This document shows positions 10,701-24,400 of a stretch of DNA of 64,000 nt, one piece after another; position 1 is the stretch's first letter; each line of letters begins with the position of its first letter. The stretch covers positions 21,390,001-21,454,000 of the forward strand of contig OZ059896.1 in assembly GCA_964057225.1 (NCBI GenBank), given 5' to 3'. Source of the stretch: Auanema rhodensis. Taxonomy: Eukaryota; Animalia; Nematoda. The position numbers and the translations under genes were made by a program. The notes under the pieces were generated by a model. The model had not been told where the DNA came from. It did no database searches and worked only from the letters and a program-made list of their open reading frames with translations.

Positions 10701-13700
10701 AATTTTTTCGAAAAATTTCAAAATAATTTAGCAAAAAGTAGATGTTTTTAGATTCCTTTTTTCAAGGCAAAGACGATGGACAATGTTATTCAACGAAAAA
10801 ATTAATTCTTCAGGGTGAAAATCGAGGATATAAGTGTGAACTTATATCAGTTGATATCTCGGTGCATTTTTAAGCTAGCGCAAATCTGATAACACAGATC
10901 GACGCAGCTTAAAAATCCGCATCGAATGCACTATACCACATTGAAAAACGCTTAATACAAAAATTAGTTATGATCGTTTGAAAAATGATGCATTAGTGTA
11001 TGTTGAGTTTCCATGTACACTCAACATTGCTTCCAAAAACATTTTGACAAAAATTTTTTCGAAAAATTTCAAAATAATTTAGCAAAAAGTAGATGTTTTT
11101 AGATTCCTTTTTTTAAAGCAAAGACGATGGACGATGTTATTCAACGAAAAAATTTATTCTTCAGGGTGAAAATCGAGGATATAAGTGTGCACTTATATCA
11201 GTTGATATCTCGGTGCATTTTTAAGCTAGCGCAAATCTGATAACACAGATCGACGCAGCTTAAAAATCCGCATCGAATGCACTATACCACATTGAGAAAC
11301 GCTTAATACAAAAATTAGTTATGATCGTTTGAAAAATGATGCATTAGTGTATGTTGAGTTTCCATGTACACTCAACATTGCTTCCAAAAACATTTTGACA
11401 AAAATTTTTTCGAAAAATTTCAAAATAATTTAGCAAAAAGTAGATGTTTTTAGATTCCTTTTTTTAAGGCAAAGACGATGGACAATGTTATTCAACGAAA
11501 AAATTAATTCTTCAGGGTGAAAATCGAGGATATAAGTGTGAACTTATATCAGTTGATATCTCGGTGCATTTTTAAGCTAGCGCAAATCTGATAACACAGA
11601 TCGACGCAGCTTAAAAATCCGCATCGAATGCACTATACTACTTTGAGAAACGCTTAATACAAAAATTAGTTATGATCGTTTGAAAAATGATGCATTAGTG
11701 TATGTTGAGTTTTCATGTACACTCAACATTGCTTCCAAAAACATTTTGACAAAAATTTTTTCGAAAAATTTCAAAATAATTTAGCAAAAAGTAGATGTTT
11801 TTAGATTCCTTTTTTTAAGGCAAAGACGATGGACAATGTTATTCAACGAAAAAATTAATTCTTCAGGGTGAAAATCGAGGATATAAGTGTGAACTTATAT
11901 CAGTTGATATCTCGGTGCATTTCTAAGCTAGCGCAAATCTGATAACACAGATCGACGCAGCTTAAAAATCCGCATCGAATGCACTATACCACATTGAGAA
12001 ACGCTTAATACAAAAATTAGTTATGATCGTTTGAAAAATGATGCATTAGTGTATGTTGAGTTTCCATGTACACTCAACATTGCTTCCAAAAACATTTTGA
12101 CAAAAATTTTTTCGAAAAATTTCAAAATAATTTAGCAAAAAGTAGATGTTTTTAGATTCCTTTTTTTAAGGCAAAGACGATGGACGATGTTATTCAACAA
12201 AAAAATTAATTCTTCAGGGTGAAAATCGAGGATATAAGTGTGCACTTATATCAGTTGATATCTCGGTGCATTTTTAAGCTAGCGCAAATCTGATAACACA
12301 GATCGACGCAGCTTAAAAATCCGCATCGAATGCACTATACTACATTGAGAAACGCTTAATACAAAAAATAGTTATGATCGTTTGAAAAATGATGCATTAG
12401 TGTATGTTGAGTTTCCATGTACACTCAACATTGCTTCCAAAAACATTTTGACAAAAATTTTTTCGAAAAATTTCAAAATAATTTAGCAAAAAGTAGATGT
12501 TTTTAGATTCCTTTTTTCAAGGCAAAGACGATGAACAATGTTATTCAACGAAAAAATCAATTCTTCAGGGTGAAAATCGAGGATATAAGTGTGAACTTAT
12601 ATCAGTTGATATCTCGGTGCATTTTTAAGCTAGCGCTAATCTGATAACACAGATCGACGCAGCTTGAAAATCCGCATCGAATGTACTATACTACATTGAG
12701 AAACGCTTGATACAAAAATTAGTTATGATCGTTTGAAAAATGATGCATTAGTGTATGTTGAGTTTCCATGTACACTCAATATTGCTTCCAAAAACATTTT
12801 GACAAAAATTTTTTCGAAAAATTTCAAAATAATTTAGCAAAAAGTAGATGTTTTTAGATTCCTTTTTTCAAGGCAAAGACGATGGACAATGTTATTCAAC
12901 GAAAAAATTAATTCTTCAGGGTGAAAATCGAGGATATAAGTGTGAACTTATATCAGTTGATATCTCGGTGCATTTTTAAGCTAGCGCAAATCTGATAACA
13001 CAGATCGACGCAGCTTAAAAATCCGCATCGAATGCACTATACCACATTGAGAAACGCTTAATACAAAAATTAGTTATGATCGTTTGAAAAATGATGCATT
13101 AGTGTATGTTGAGTTTCCATGTACACTCAACATTGCTTCCAAAAACATTTTGACAAAAATTTTTTCGAAAAATTTCAAAATAATTTAGCAAAAAGTAGAT
13201 GTTTTTAGATTCCTTTTTTTAAGGCAAAGACGATGGACGATGTTATTCAACGAAAAAATTAATTCTTCAGGGTGAAAATCGAGGATATAAGTGTGCACTT
13301 ATATCAGTTGATATCTCGGTGCATTTTTAAGCTAGCGCAAATCTGATAACACAGATCGACGCAGCTTAAAAATCCGCATCGAATGCACTATACTACTTTG
13401 AGAAACGCTTAATACAAAAATTAGTTATGATCGTTTGAAAAATGATGCATTAGTGTATGTTGAGTTTTCATGTACACTCAACATTGCTTCCAAAAACATT
13501 TTGACAAAAATTTTTTCGAAAAATTTCAAAATAATTTAGCAAAAAGTAGATGTTTTTAGATTCCTTTTTTTAAGGCAAAGACGATGGACAATGTTATTCA
13601 ACGAAAAAATTAATTCTTCAGGGTGAAAATCGAGGATATAAGTGTGAACTTATATCAGTTGATATCTCGGTGCATTTCTAAGCTAGCGCAAATCTGATAA

Positions 13701-14460
13701 CACAGATCGACGCAGCTTAAAAATCCGCATCGAATGCACTATACCACATTGAGAAACGCTTAATACAAAAATTAGTTATGATCGTTTGAAAAATGATGCA
13801 TTAGTGTATGTTGAGTTTCCATGTACACTCAACATTGCTTCCAAAAACATTTTGACAAAAATTTTTTCGAAAAATTTCAAAATAATTTAGCAAAAAGTAG
13901 ATGTTTTTAGATTCCTTTTTTTAAGGCAAAGACGATGGACGATGTTATTCAACGAAAAAATTAATTCTTCAGGGTGAAAATCGAGGATATAAAAGTGCAC
14001 TTATATCAGTTGATATCTCGGTGCATTTTTAAGCTAGCGCAAATCTGATAACACAGATCGACGCAGCTTAAAAATCCGCATCGAATGCACTATACTACAT
14101 TGAGAAACGCTTAATACAAAAAATAGTTATGATCGTTTGAAAAATGATGCATTAGTGTATGTTGAGTTTCCATGTACACTCAACATTGCTTCCAAAAACA
14201 TTTTGACAAAAATTTTTTCGAAAAATTTCAAAATAATTTAGCAAAAAGTAGATGTTTTTAGATTCCTTTTTTCAAGGCAAAGACGATGAACAATGTTATT
14301 CAACGAAAAAATCAATTCTTCAGGGTGAAAATCGAGGATATAAGTGTGAACTTATATCAGTTGATATCTCGGTGCATTTTTAAGCTAGCGCTAATCTGAT
14401 AACACAGATCGACGCAGCTTGAAAATCCGCATCGAATGTACTATACTACATTGAGAAACG
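6060..14460. repeat. 11-monomer (3861-bp; 6+5) higher-order duplication; boundaries approximate
   Basis: Rare variants recur at +3861: TTTCTAAG C at 8062/11923 and 9817/13678, CTCAATATT T at 8919/12780, TTGAAAAACG 7080/10941. Confidence 0.88.
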
Positions 14461-17400
14461 CTTGATACAAAAATTAGTTATGATCGTTTGAAAAATGATG
14501 CATTAGTGTATGTTGAGTTTCCATGTACACTCAATATTGCTTCCAAAAACATTTTGACAAAAATTTTTTCGAAAAATTTCAAAATAATTTAGCAAAAAGT
14601 AGATGTTTTTAGATTCCTTTTTTCAAGGCAAAGACGATGGACAATGTTATTCAACGAAAAAATTAATTCTTCAGGGTGAAAATCGAGGATATAAGTGTGA
14701 ACTTATATCAGTTGATATCTCGGTGCATTTTTAAGCTAGCGCAAATCTGATAACACAGATCGACGCAGCTTAAAAATCCGCATCGAATGCACTATACCAC
14801 ATTGAGAAACGCTTAATACAAAAATTAGTTATGATCGTTTGAAAAATGATGCATTAGTGTATGTTGAGTTTCCATGTACACTCAACATTGCTTCCAAAAA
14901 CATTTTGACAAAAATTTTTTCGAAAAATTTCAAAATAATTTAGCAAAAAGTAGATGTTTTTAGATTCCTTTTTTTAAGGCAAAGACGATGGACGATGTTA
15001 TTCAACGAAAAAATTAATTCTTCAGGGTGAAAATCGAGGATATAAGTGTGCACTTATATCAGTTGATATCTCGGTGCATTTTTAAGCTAGCGCAAATCTG
15101 ATAACACAGATCGACGCAGCTTAAAAATCCGCATCGAATGCACTATACCACATTGAGAAACGCTTAATACAAAAATTAGTTATGATCGTTTGAAAAATGA
15201 TGCATTAGTGTATGTTGAGTTTCCATGTACACTCAACATTGCTTCCAAAAACATTTTGACAAAAATTTTTTCGAAAAATTTCAAAATAATTTAGCAAAAA
15301 GTAGATGTTTTCAGATTCCTTTTTTTAAAGCAAAGACGATGGACGATGTTATTCAACGAAAAAATTAATTCTTCAGGGTGAAAATCGAGGATATAAGTGT
15401 GCACTTATATCAGTTGATATCTCGGTGCATTTTTAAGCTAGCGCAAATCTGATAACACAGATCGACGCAGCTTAAAAATCCGCATCGAATGCACTATACC
15501 ACATTGAGAAACGCTTAATACAAAAATTAGTTATGATCGTTTGAAAAATGATGCATTAGTGTATGTTGAGTTTCCATGTACACTCAACATTGCTTCCAAA
15601 AACATTTTGACAAAAATTTTTTCGAAAAATTTCAAAATAATTTAGCAAAAAGTAGATGTTTTTAGATTCCTTTTTTTAAGGCAAAGACGATGGACAATGT
15701 TATTCAACGAAAAAATTAATTCTTCAGGGTGAAAATCGAGGATATAAGTGTGAACTTATATCAGTTGATATCTCGGTGCATTTTTAAGCTAGCGCAAATC
15801 TGATAACACAGATCGACGCAGCTTAAAAATCCGCATCGAATGCACTATACCACATTAAGAAACGCTTAATACAAAAATTAGTTATGATCGTTTGAAAAAT
15901 GATGCATTAGTGTATGTTGAGTTTCCATGTACACTCAACATTGCTTCCAAAAACATTTTGACAAAAATTTTTTCGAAAAATTTCAAAATAATTTAGCAAA
16001 AAGTAGATGTTTTTAGATTCCTTTTTTCAAGGCAAAGACGATGAACAATGTTATTCAACGAAAAAATCAATTCTTCAGGGTGAAAATCGAGGATATAAGT
16101 GTGAACTTATATCAGTTGATATCTCGGTGCATTTTTAAGCTAGCGCTAATCTGATAACACAGATCGACGCAGCTTGAAAATCCGCATCGAATGTACTATA
16201 CTACATTGAGAAACGCTTGATACAAAAATTAGTTATGATCGTTTGAAAAATGATGCATTAGTGTATGTTGAGTTTCCATGTACACTCAATATTGCTTCCA
16301 AAAACATTTTGACAAAAATTTTTTCGAAAAATTTCAAAATAATTTAGCAAAAAGTAGATGTTTTTAGATTCCTTTTTTCAAGGCAAAGACGATGGACAAT
16401 GTTATTCAACGAAAAAATTAATTCTTCAGGGTGAAAATCGAGGATATAAGTGTGAACTTATATCAGTTGATATCTCGGTGCATTTTTAAGCTAGCGCAAA
16501 TCTGATAACACAGATCGACGCAGCTTAAAAATCCGCATCGAATGCACTAAACCACATTGAGAAACGCTTAATACAAAAATTAGTTATGATCGTTTGAAAA
16601 ATGATGCATTAGTGTATGTTGAGTTTCCATGTACACTCAACATTGCTTCCAAAAACATTTTGACAAAAATTTTTTCGAAAAATTTCAAAATAATTTAGCA
16701 AAAAGTAGATGTTTTTAGATTCCTTTTTTTAAGGCAAAGACGATGGACGATGTTATTCAACGAAAAAATTAATTCTTCAGGGTGAAAATCGAGGATATAA
16801 GTGTGCACTTATATCAGTTGATATCTCGGTGCATTTTTAAGCTAGCGCAAATCTGATAACACAGATCGACGCAGCTTAAAAATCCGCATCGAATGCACTA
16901 AACCACATTGAGAAACGCTTAATACAAAAATTAGTTATGATCGTTTGAAAAATGATGCATTAGTGTATGTTGAGTTTCCATGTACACTCAACATTGCTTC
17001 CAAAAACATTTTGACAAAAATTTTTTCGAAAAATTTCAAAATAATTTAGCAAAAAGTAGATGTTTTCAGATTCCTTTTTTTAAAGCAAAGACGATGGACG
17101 ATGTTATTCAACGAAAAAATTAATTCTTCAGGGTGAAAATCGAGGATATAAGTGTGCACTTATATCAGTTGATATCTCGGTGCATTTTTAAGCTAGCGCA
17201 AATCTGATAACACAGATCGACGCAGCTTAAAAATCCGCATCGAATGCACTATACCACATTGAGAAACGCTTAATACAAAAATTAGTTATGATCGTTTGAA
17301 AAATGATGCATTAGTGTATGTTGAGTTTCCATGTACACTCAACATTGCTTCCAAAAACATTTTGACAAAAATTTTTTCGAAAAATTTCAAAATAATTTAG

Positions 17401-18489
17401 CAAAAAGTAGATGTTTTTAGATTCCTTTTTTTAAGGCAAAGACGATGGACAATGTTATTCAACGAAAAAATTAATTCTTCAGGGTGAAAATCGAGGATAT
17501 AAGTGTGAACTTATATCAGTTGATATCTCGGTGCATTTTTAAGCTAGCGCAAATCTGATAACACAGATCGACGCAGCTTAAAAATCCGCATCGAATGCAC
17601 TATACCACATTGAGAAACGCTTAATATAAAAATTAGTTATGATCGTTTGAAAAATGATGCATTAGTGTATGTTGAGTTTCCATGTACACTCAACATTGCT
17701 TCCAAAAACATTTTGACAAAAATTTTTTCGAAAAATTTCAAAATAATTTAGCAAAAAGTAGATGTTTTTAGATTCCTTTTTTTAAGGCAAAGACGATGGA
17801 CGATGTTATTCAACGAAAAAATTAATTCTTCAGGGTGAAAATCGAGGATATAAGTGTGCACTTATATCAGTTGATATCTCGGTGCAATTTTAAGCTAGCG
17901 CAAATCTGATAACACAGATCGACGCAGCTTAAAAATCCGCATCGAATGCACTATACCACATTGAGAAACGCTTAATACAAAAATTAGTTATGATCGTTTG
18001 AAAAATGATGCATTAGTGTATGTTGAGTTTCCATGTACACTCAACATTGCTTCCAAAAACATTTTGACAAAAATTTTTTCGAAAAATTTCAAAATAATTT
18101 AGCAAAAAGTAGATGTTTTTAGATTCCTTTTTTTAAGGCAAAGACGATGGACAATGTTATTCAACGAAAAAATTAATTCTTCAGGGTGAAAATCGAGGAT
18201 ATAAGTGTGCACTTATATCAGTTGATATCTCGGTGCATTTTTAAGCTAGCGCAAATCTGATAACACAGATCGACGCAGCTTAAAAATCCGCATCGAATGC
18301 ACTATACCACATTGAGAAACGCTTAATACAAAAATTAGTTATGATCGTTTGAAAAATGATGCATTAGTGTATGTTGAGTTTCCATGTACACTCAACATTG
18401 CTTCCAAAAACATTTTGACAAAAATTTTTTCGAAAAATTTCAAAATAATTTAGCAAAAAGTAGATGTTTTTAGATTCCTTTTTTTAAGG

Positions 18490-21400
18490 CAAAGACGATG
18501 GACGATGTTATTCAACGAAAAAATTAATTCTTCAGGGTGAAAATCGAGGATATAAGTGTGCACTTATATCAGTTGATATCTCGGTGCATTTTTAAGCTAG
18601 CGCAAATCTGATAACACAGATCGACGCAGCTTAATAATCCGCATCGAATGCACTATACCACATTGAGAAACGCTTAATACAAAAATTAGTTATGATCGTT
18701 TGAAAAATGATGCATTAGTGTATGTTGAGTTTCCATGTACACTCAACATTGCTTCCAAAAACATTTTGACAAAAATTTTTTCGAAAAATTTCAAAATAAT
18801 TTAGCAAAAAGTAGATGTTTTTAGATTCCTTTTTTTAAGGCAAAGACGATGGACAATGTTATTCAACGAAAAAATTAATTCTTCAGGGTGAAAATCGAGG
18901 ATATAAGTGTGAACTTATATCAGTTGATATCTCGGTGCATTTTTAAGCTAGCGCAAATCTGATAACACAGATCGACGCAGCTTAAAAATCCGCATCGAAT
19001 GCACTATACCACATTGAGAAACGCTTAATACAAAAATTAGTTATGATCGTTTGAAAAATGATGCATTAGTGTATGTTGAGTTTCCATGTACACTCAACAT
19101 TGCTTCCAAAAACATTTTGACAAAAATTTTTTCGAAAAATTTCAAAATAATTTAGCAAAAAGTAGATGTTTTTAGATTCCTTTTTTTAAGGCAAAGACGA
19201 TGGACGATGTTATTCAACGAAAAAATTAATTCTTCAGGGTGAAAATCGAGGATATAAGTGTGCACTTATATCAGTTGATATCTCGGTGCATTTTTAAGCT
19301 AGCGCAAATCTGATAACACAGATCGACGCAGCTTAAAAATCCGCATCGAATGCACTATACCACATTAAGAAACGCTTAATACAAATATTAGTTATGATCG
19401 TTTGAAAAATGATGCATTAGTGTATGTTGAGTTTCCATGTACACTCAACATTGCTTCCAAAAACATTTTGACAAAAATTTTTTCGAAAAATTTCAAAATA
19501 ATTTAGCAAAAAGTAGATGTTTTTAGATTCCTTTTTTTAAAGCAAAGACGATGGACGATGTTATTCAACGAAAAAATTAATTCTTCAGAGTGAAAATCGA
19601 GGATATAAGTGTGCACTTATATCAGTTGATATCTCGGTGCATTTTTAAGCTAGCGCAAATCTGATAACACAGATCGACGCAGCTTAAAAATCCGCATCGA
19701 ATGCACTATACCACATTGAGAAACGCTTAATACAAAAATTAGTTATGATCGTTTGAAAAATGATGCATTAGTGTATGTTGAGTTTCCATGTACACTCAAC
19801 ATTGCTTCCAAAAACATTTTGACAAAAATTTTTTCGAAAAATTTCAAAATAATTTAGCAAAAAGTAGATGTTTTTAGATTCCTTTTTTTAAGGCAAAGAC
19901 GATGGACAATGTTATTCAACGAAAAAATTAATTCTTCAGGGTGAAAATCGAGGATATAAGTGTGAACTTATATCAGTTGATATCTCGGTGCATCTTTAAG
20001 CTAGCGCAAATCTGATAACACAGATCGACGCAGCTTAAAAATCCGCATCGAATGCACTATACCACATTGAGAAACGCTTAATACAAAAATTAGTTATGAT
20101 CGTTTGAAAAATGATGCATTAGTGTATGTTGAGTTTCCATGTACACTCAACATTGCTTCCAAAAACATTTTGACAAAAATTTTTTCGAAAAATTTCAAAA
20201 TAATTTAGCAAAAAGTAGATGTTTTTAGATTCCTTTTTTTAAGGCAAAGACGATGGACGATGTTATTCAACGAAAAAATTAATTCTTCAGGGTGAAAATC
20301 GAGGATATAAGTGTGCACTTATATCAGTTGATATCTCGGTGCATTTTTAAGCTAGCGCAAATCTGATAACACAGATCGACGCAGCTTAAAAATCCGCATC
20401 GAATGCACTATACCACATTAAGAAACGCTTAATACAAAAATTAGTTATGATCGTTTGAAAAATGATGCATTAGTGTATGTTGAGTTTCCATGTACACTCA
20501 ACATTGCTTCCAAAAACATTTTGACAAAAATTTTTTCGAAAAATTTCAAAATAATTTAGCAAAAAGTAGATGTTTTTAGATTCCTTTTTTTAAAGCAAAG
20601 ACGATGGACGATGTTATTCAACGAAAAAATTAATTCTTCAGAGTGAAAATCGAGGATATAAGTGTGCACTTATATCAGTTGATATCTCGGTGCATTTTTA
20701 AGCTAGCGCAAATCTGATAACACAGATCGACGCAGCTTAAAAATCCGCATCGAATGCACTATACCACATTGAGAAACGCTTAATACAAAAATTAGTTATG
20801 ATCGTTTGAAAAATGATGCATTAGTGTATGTTGAGTTTCCATGTACACTCAACATTGCTTCCAAAAACATTTTGACAAAAATTTTTTCGAAAAATTTCAA
20901 AATAATTTAGCAAAAAGTAGATGTTTTTAGATTCCTTTTTTTAAGGCAAAGACGATGGACAATGTTATTCAACGAAAAAATTAATTCTTCAGGGTGAAAA
21001 TCGAGGATATAAGTGTGAACTTATATCAGTTGATATCTCGGTGCATTTTTAAGCTAGCGCAAATCTGATAACACAGATCGACGCAGCTTAAAAATCCGCA
21101 TCGAATGCACTATACCACATTGAGAAACGCTTAATACAAAAATTAGTTATGATCGTTTGAAAAATGATGCATTAGTGTATGTTGAGTTTCCATGTACACT
21201 CAACATTGCTTCCAAAAACATTTTGACAAAAATTTTTTCGAAAAATTTCAAAATAATTTAGCAAAAAGTAGATGTTTTTAGATTCCTTTTTTTAAGGCAA
21301 AGACGATGGACGATGTTATTCAACGAAAAAATTAATTCTTCAGGGTGAAAATCGAGGATATAAGTGTGCACTTATATCAGTTGATATCTCGGTGCATTTT

Positions 21401-24400
21401 TAAGCTAGCGCAAATCTGATAACACAGATCGACGCAGCTTAAAAATCCGCATCGAATGCACTATACTACATTGAGAAACGCTTAATACAAAAAATAGTTA
21501 TGATCGTTTGAAAAATGATGCATTAGTGTATGTTGAGTTTCCATGTACACTCAACATTGCTTCCAAAAACATTTTGACAAAAATTTTTTCGAAAATTTTC
21601 AAAATAATTTAGCAAAAAGTAGATGTTTTTAGATTCCTTTTTTCAAGGCAAAGACGATGAACAATGTTATTCAACGAAAAAATCAATTCTTCAGGGTGAA
21701 AATCGAGGATATAAGTGTGAACTTATATCAGTTGATATCTCGGTGCATTTTTAAGCTAGCGCAAATCTGATAACACAGATCGACGCAGCTTGAAAATCCG
21801 CATCGAATGTACTATACTACATTGAGAAACGCTTAATACAAAAATTAGTTATGATCGTTTGAAAAATGATGCCTTAGTGTATGTTGAGTTTCCATGTACA
21901 CTCAACATTGCTTCCAAAAACATTTTGACAAAAATTTTTTCGAAAAATTTCAAAATAATTTAGCAAAAAGTAGATGTTTTTAGATTCCTTTTTTTAAGGC
22001 AAAGACGATGGACAATGTTATTCAACGAAAAAATTAATTCTTCAGGGTGAAAATCGAGGATATAAGTGTGAACTTATATCAGTTGATATCTCGGTGCATT
22101 TTTAAGCTAGCGCAAATCTGATAACACAGATCGACGCAGCTTAAAAATCCGCATCGAATGCACTTTACTACTTTGAGAAACGCTTAATACTAAAGTTAGT
22201 TATGATCGTTTGAAAATTGATGCATTAGTGTATGTTGAGTTTCCATGTACACTCAACATTGCTTCCAAAAACATTTTGACAAAAATTTTTTCGAAAAATT
22301 TTCAAAATAATTTAGCGAAAAGTAGATGTTTTTAGATTCCTTTTTTCAAGGCAAAGACGATGGACAATGTTATTCAACAAAAAAATTAATTCTTCAGGGT
22401 GAAAATCGAGGATATAAGTGTGCACTTATATCAGTTGATATCTCGGTGCATTTTTAAGCTAGCGCAAATCTGATAACACAGATCGACGCAGCTTAAAAAT
22501 CCGCATCGAATGCACTATACTACATTGAGAAACGCTCAATACAAAAATTAGTTATGATCGTTTGAAAAATGATGCCTTAGTGTATTTTGAGTTTCCATGT
22601 ACACTCAACATTGCTTCCAAAAACATTTTGACAAAAATTTTTTCGAAAAATTTCAAAATAATTTAGCAAAAAGTAGATGTTTTTAGATTCCTTTTTTTAA
22701 GGCAAAGACGATGGACAATGTTATTCAACAAAAAAATTTATTCTTCAGGGTGAAAATCGAGGATATAAGTGTGCACTTATATCAGTTGATATCTCGGTGC
22801 ATTTTTAAGCTAGCGCAAATCTGATAACACAGATCGACGAAGCTTAAAAATCCGCATCGAATGCACTATACTACATTGAGAAACGCTTAATACAAAAATT
22901 AGTTATGATCGTTTGAAAAATGATGCCTTAGTGTATGTTGAGTTTCCATGTACACTCAACATTGCTTCCAAAAACATTTTGACAAAAATTTTTTCGAAAA
23001 ATTTCAAAATAATTTAGCAAAAAGTAGATGTTTTTAGATTCCTTTTTTTAAGGCAAAGACGATGGACGATGTTATTCAACGAAAAAATTAATTCTTCAGG
23101 GTGAAAATCGAGGATATAAGTGTGCACTTATATCAGTTGATATCTCGGTGCATTTTTAAGCTAGCGCAAATCTGATAACACAGATCGACGCAGCTTAAAA
23201 ATCCGCATCGAATGCACTATACCACATTGAGAAACGCTTAATACAAAAATTAGTTATGATCGTTTGAAAAATGATGCATTAGTGTATGTTGAGTTTCCAT
23301 GTACACTCAACATTGCTTCCAAAAACATTTTGACAAAAATTTTTTCGAAAAATTTCAAAATAATTTAGCAAAAAGTAGATGTTTTTAGATTCCTTTTTTT
23401 AAAGCAAAGACGATGGACGATGTTATTCAACGAAAAAATTAATTCTTCAGGGTGAAAATCGAGGATATAAGTGTGCACTTATATCAGTTGATATCTCGGT
23501 GCATTTTTAAGCTAGCGCAAATCTGATAACACAGATCGACGCAGCTTAATAATCCGCATCGAATGCACTATACCACATTGAGAAACGCTTAATACAAAAA
23601 TTAGTTATGATCGTTTGAAAAATGATGCATTAGTGTATGTTGAGTTTCCATGTACACTCAACATTGCTTCCAAAAACATTTTGACAAAAATTTTTTCGAA
23701 AAATTTCAAAATAATTTAGCAAAAAGTAGATGTTTTTAGATTCCTTTTTTTAAGGCAAAGACGATGGACAATGTTATTCAACGAAAAAATTAATTCTTCA
23801 GGGTGAAAATCGAGGATATAAGTGTGAACTTATATCAGTTGATATCTCGGTGCATTTTTAAGCTAGCGCAAATCTGATAACACAGATCGACGCAGCTTAA
23901 AAATCCGCATCGAATGCACTATACCACATTGAGAAACGCTTAATACAAAAATTAGTTATGATCGTTTGAAAAATGATGCATTAGTGTATGTTGAGTTTCC
24001 ATGTACACTCAACATTGCTTCCAAAAACATTTTGACAAAAATTTTTTCGAAAAATTTCAAAATAATTTAGCAAAAAGTAGATGTTTTTAGATTCCTTTTT
24101 TTAAGGCAAAGACGATGGACGATGTTATTCAACGAAAAAATTAATTCTTCAGGGTGAAAATCGAGGATATAAGTGTGCACTTATATCAGTTGATATCTCG
24201 GTGCATTTTTAAGCTAGCGCAAATCTGATAACACAGATCGACGCAGCTTAAAAATCCGCATCGAATGCACTATACCACATTAAGAAACGCTTAATACAAA
24301 TATTAGTTATGATCGTTTGAAAAATGATGCATTAGTGTATGTTGAGTTTCCATGTACACTCAACATTGCTTCCAAAAACATTTTGACAAAAATTTTTTCG

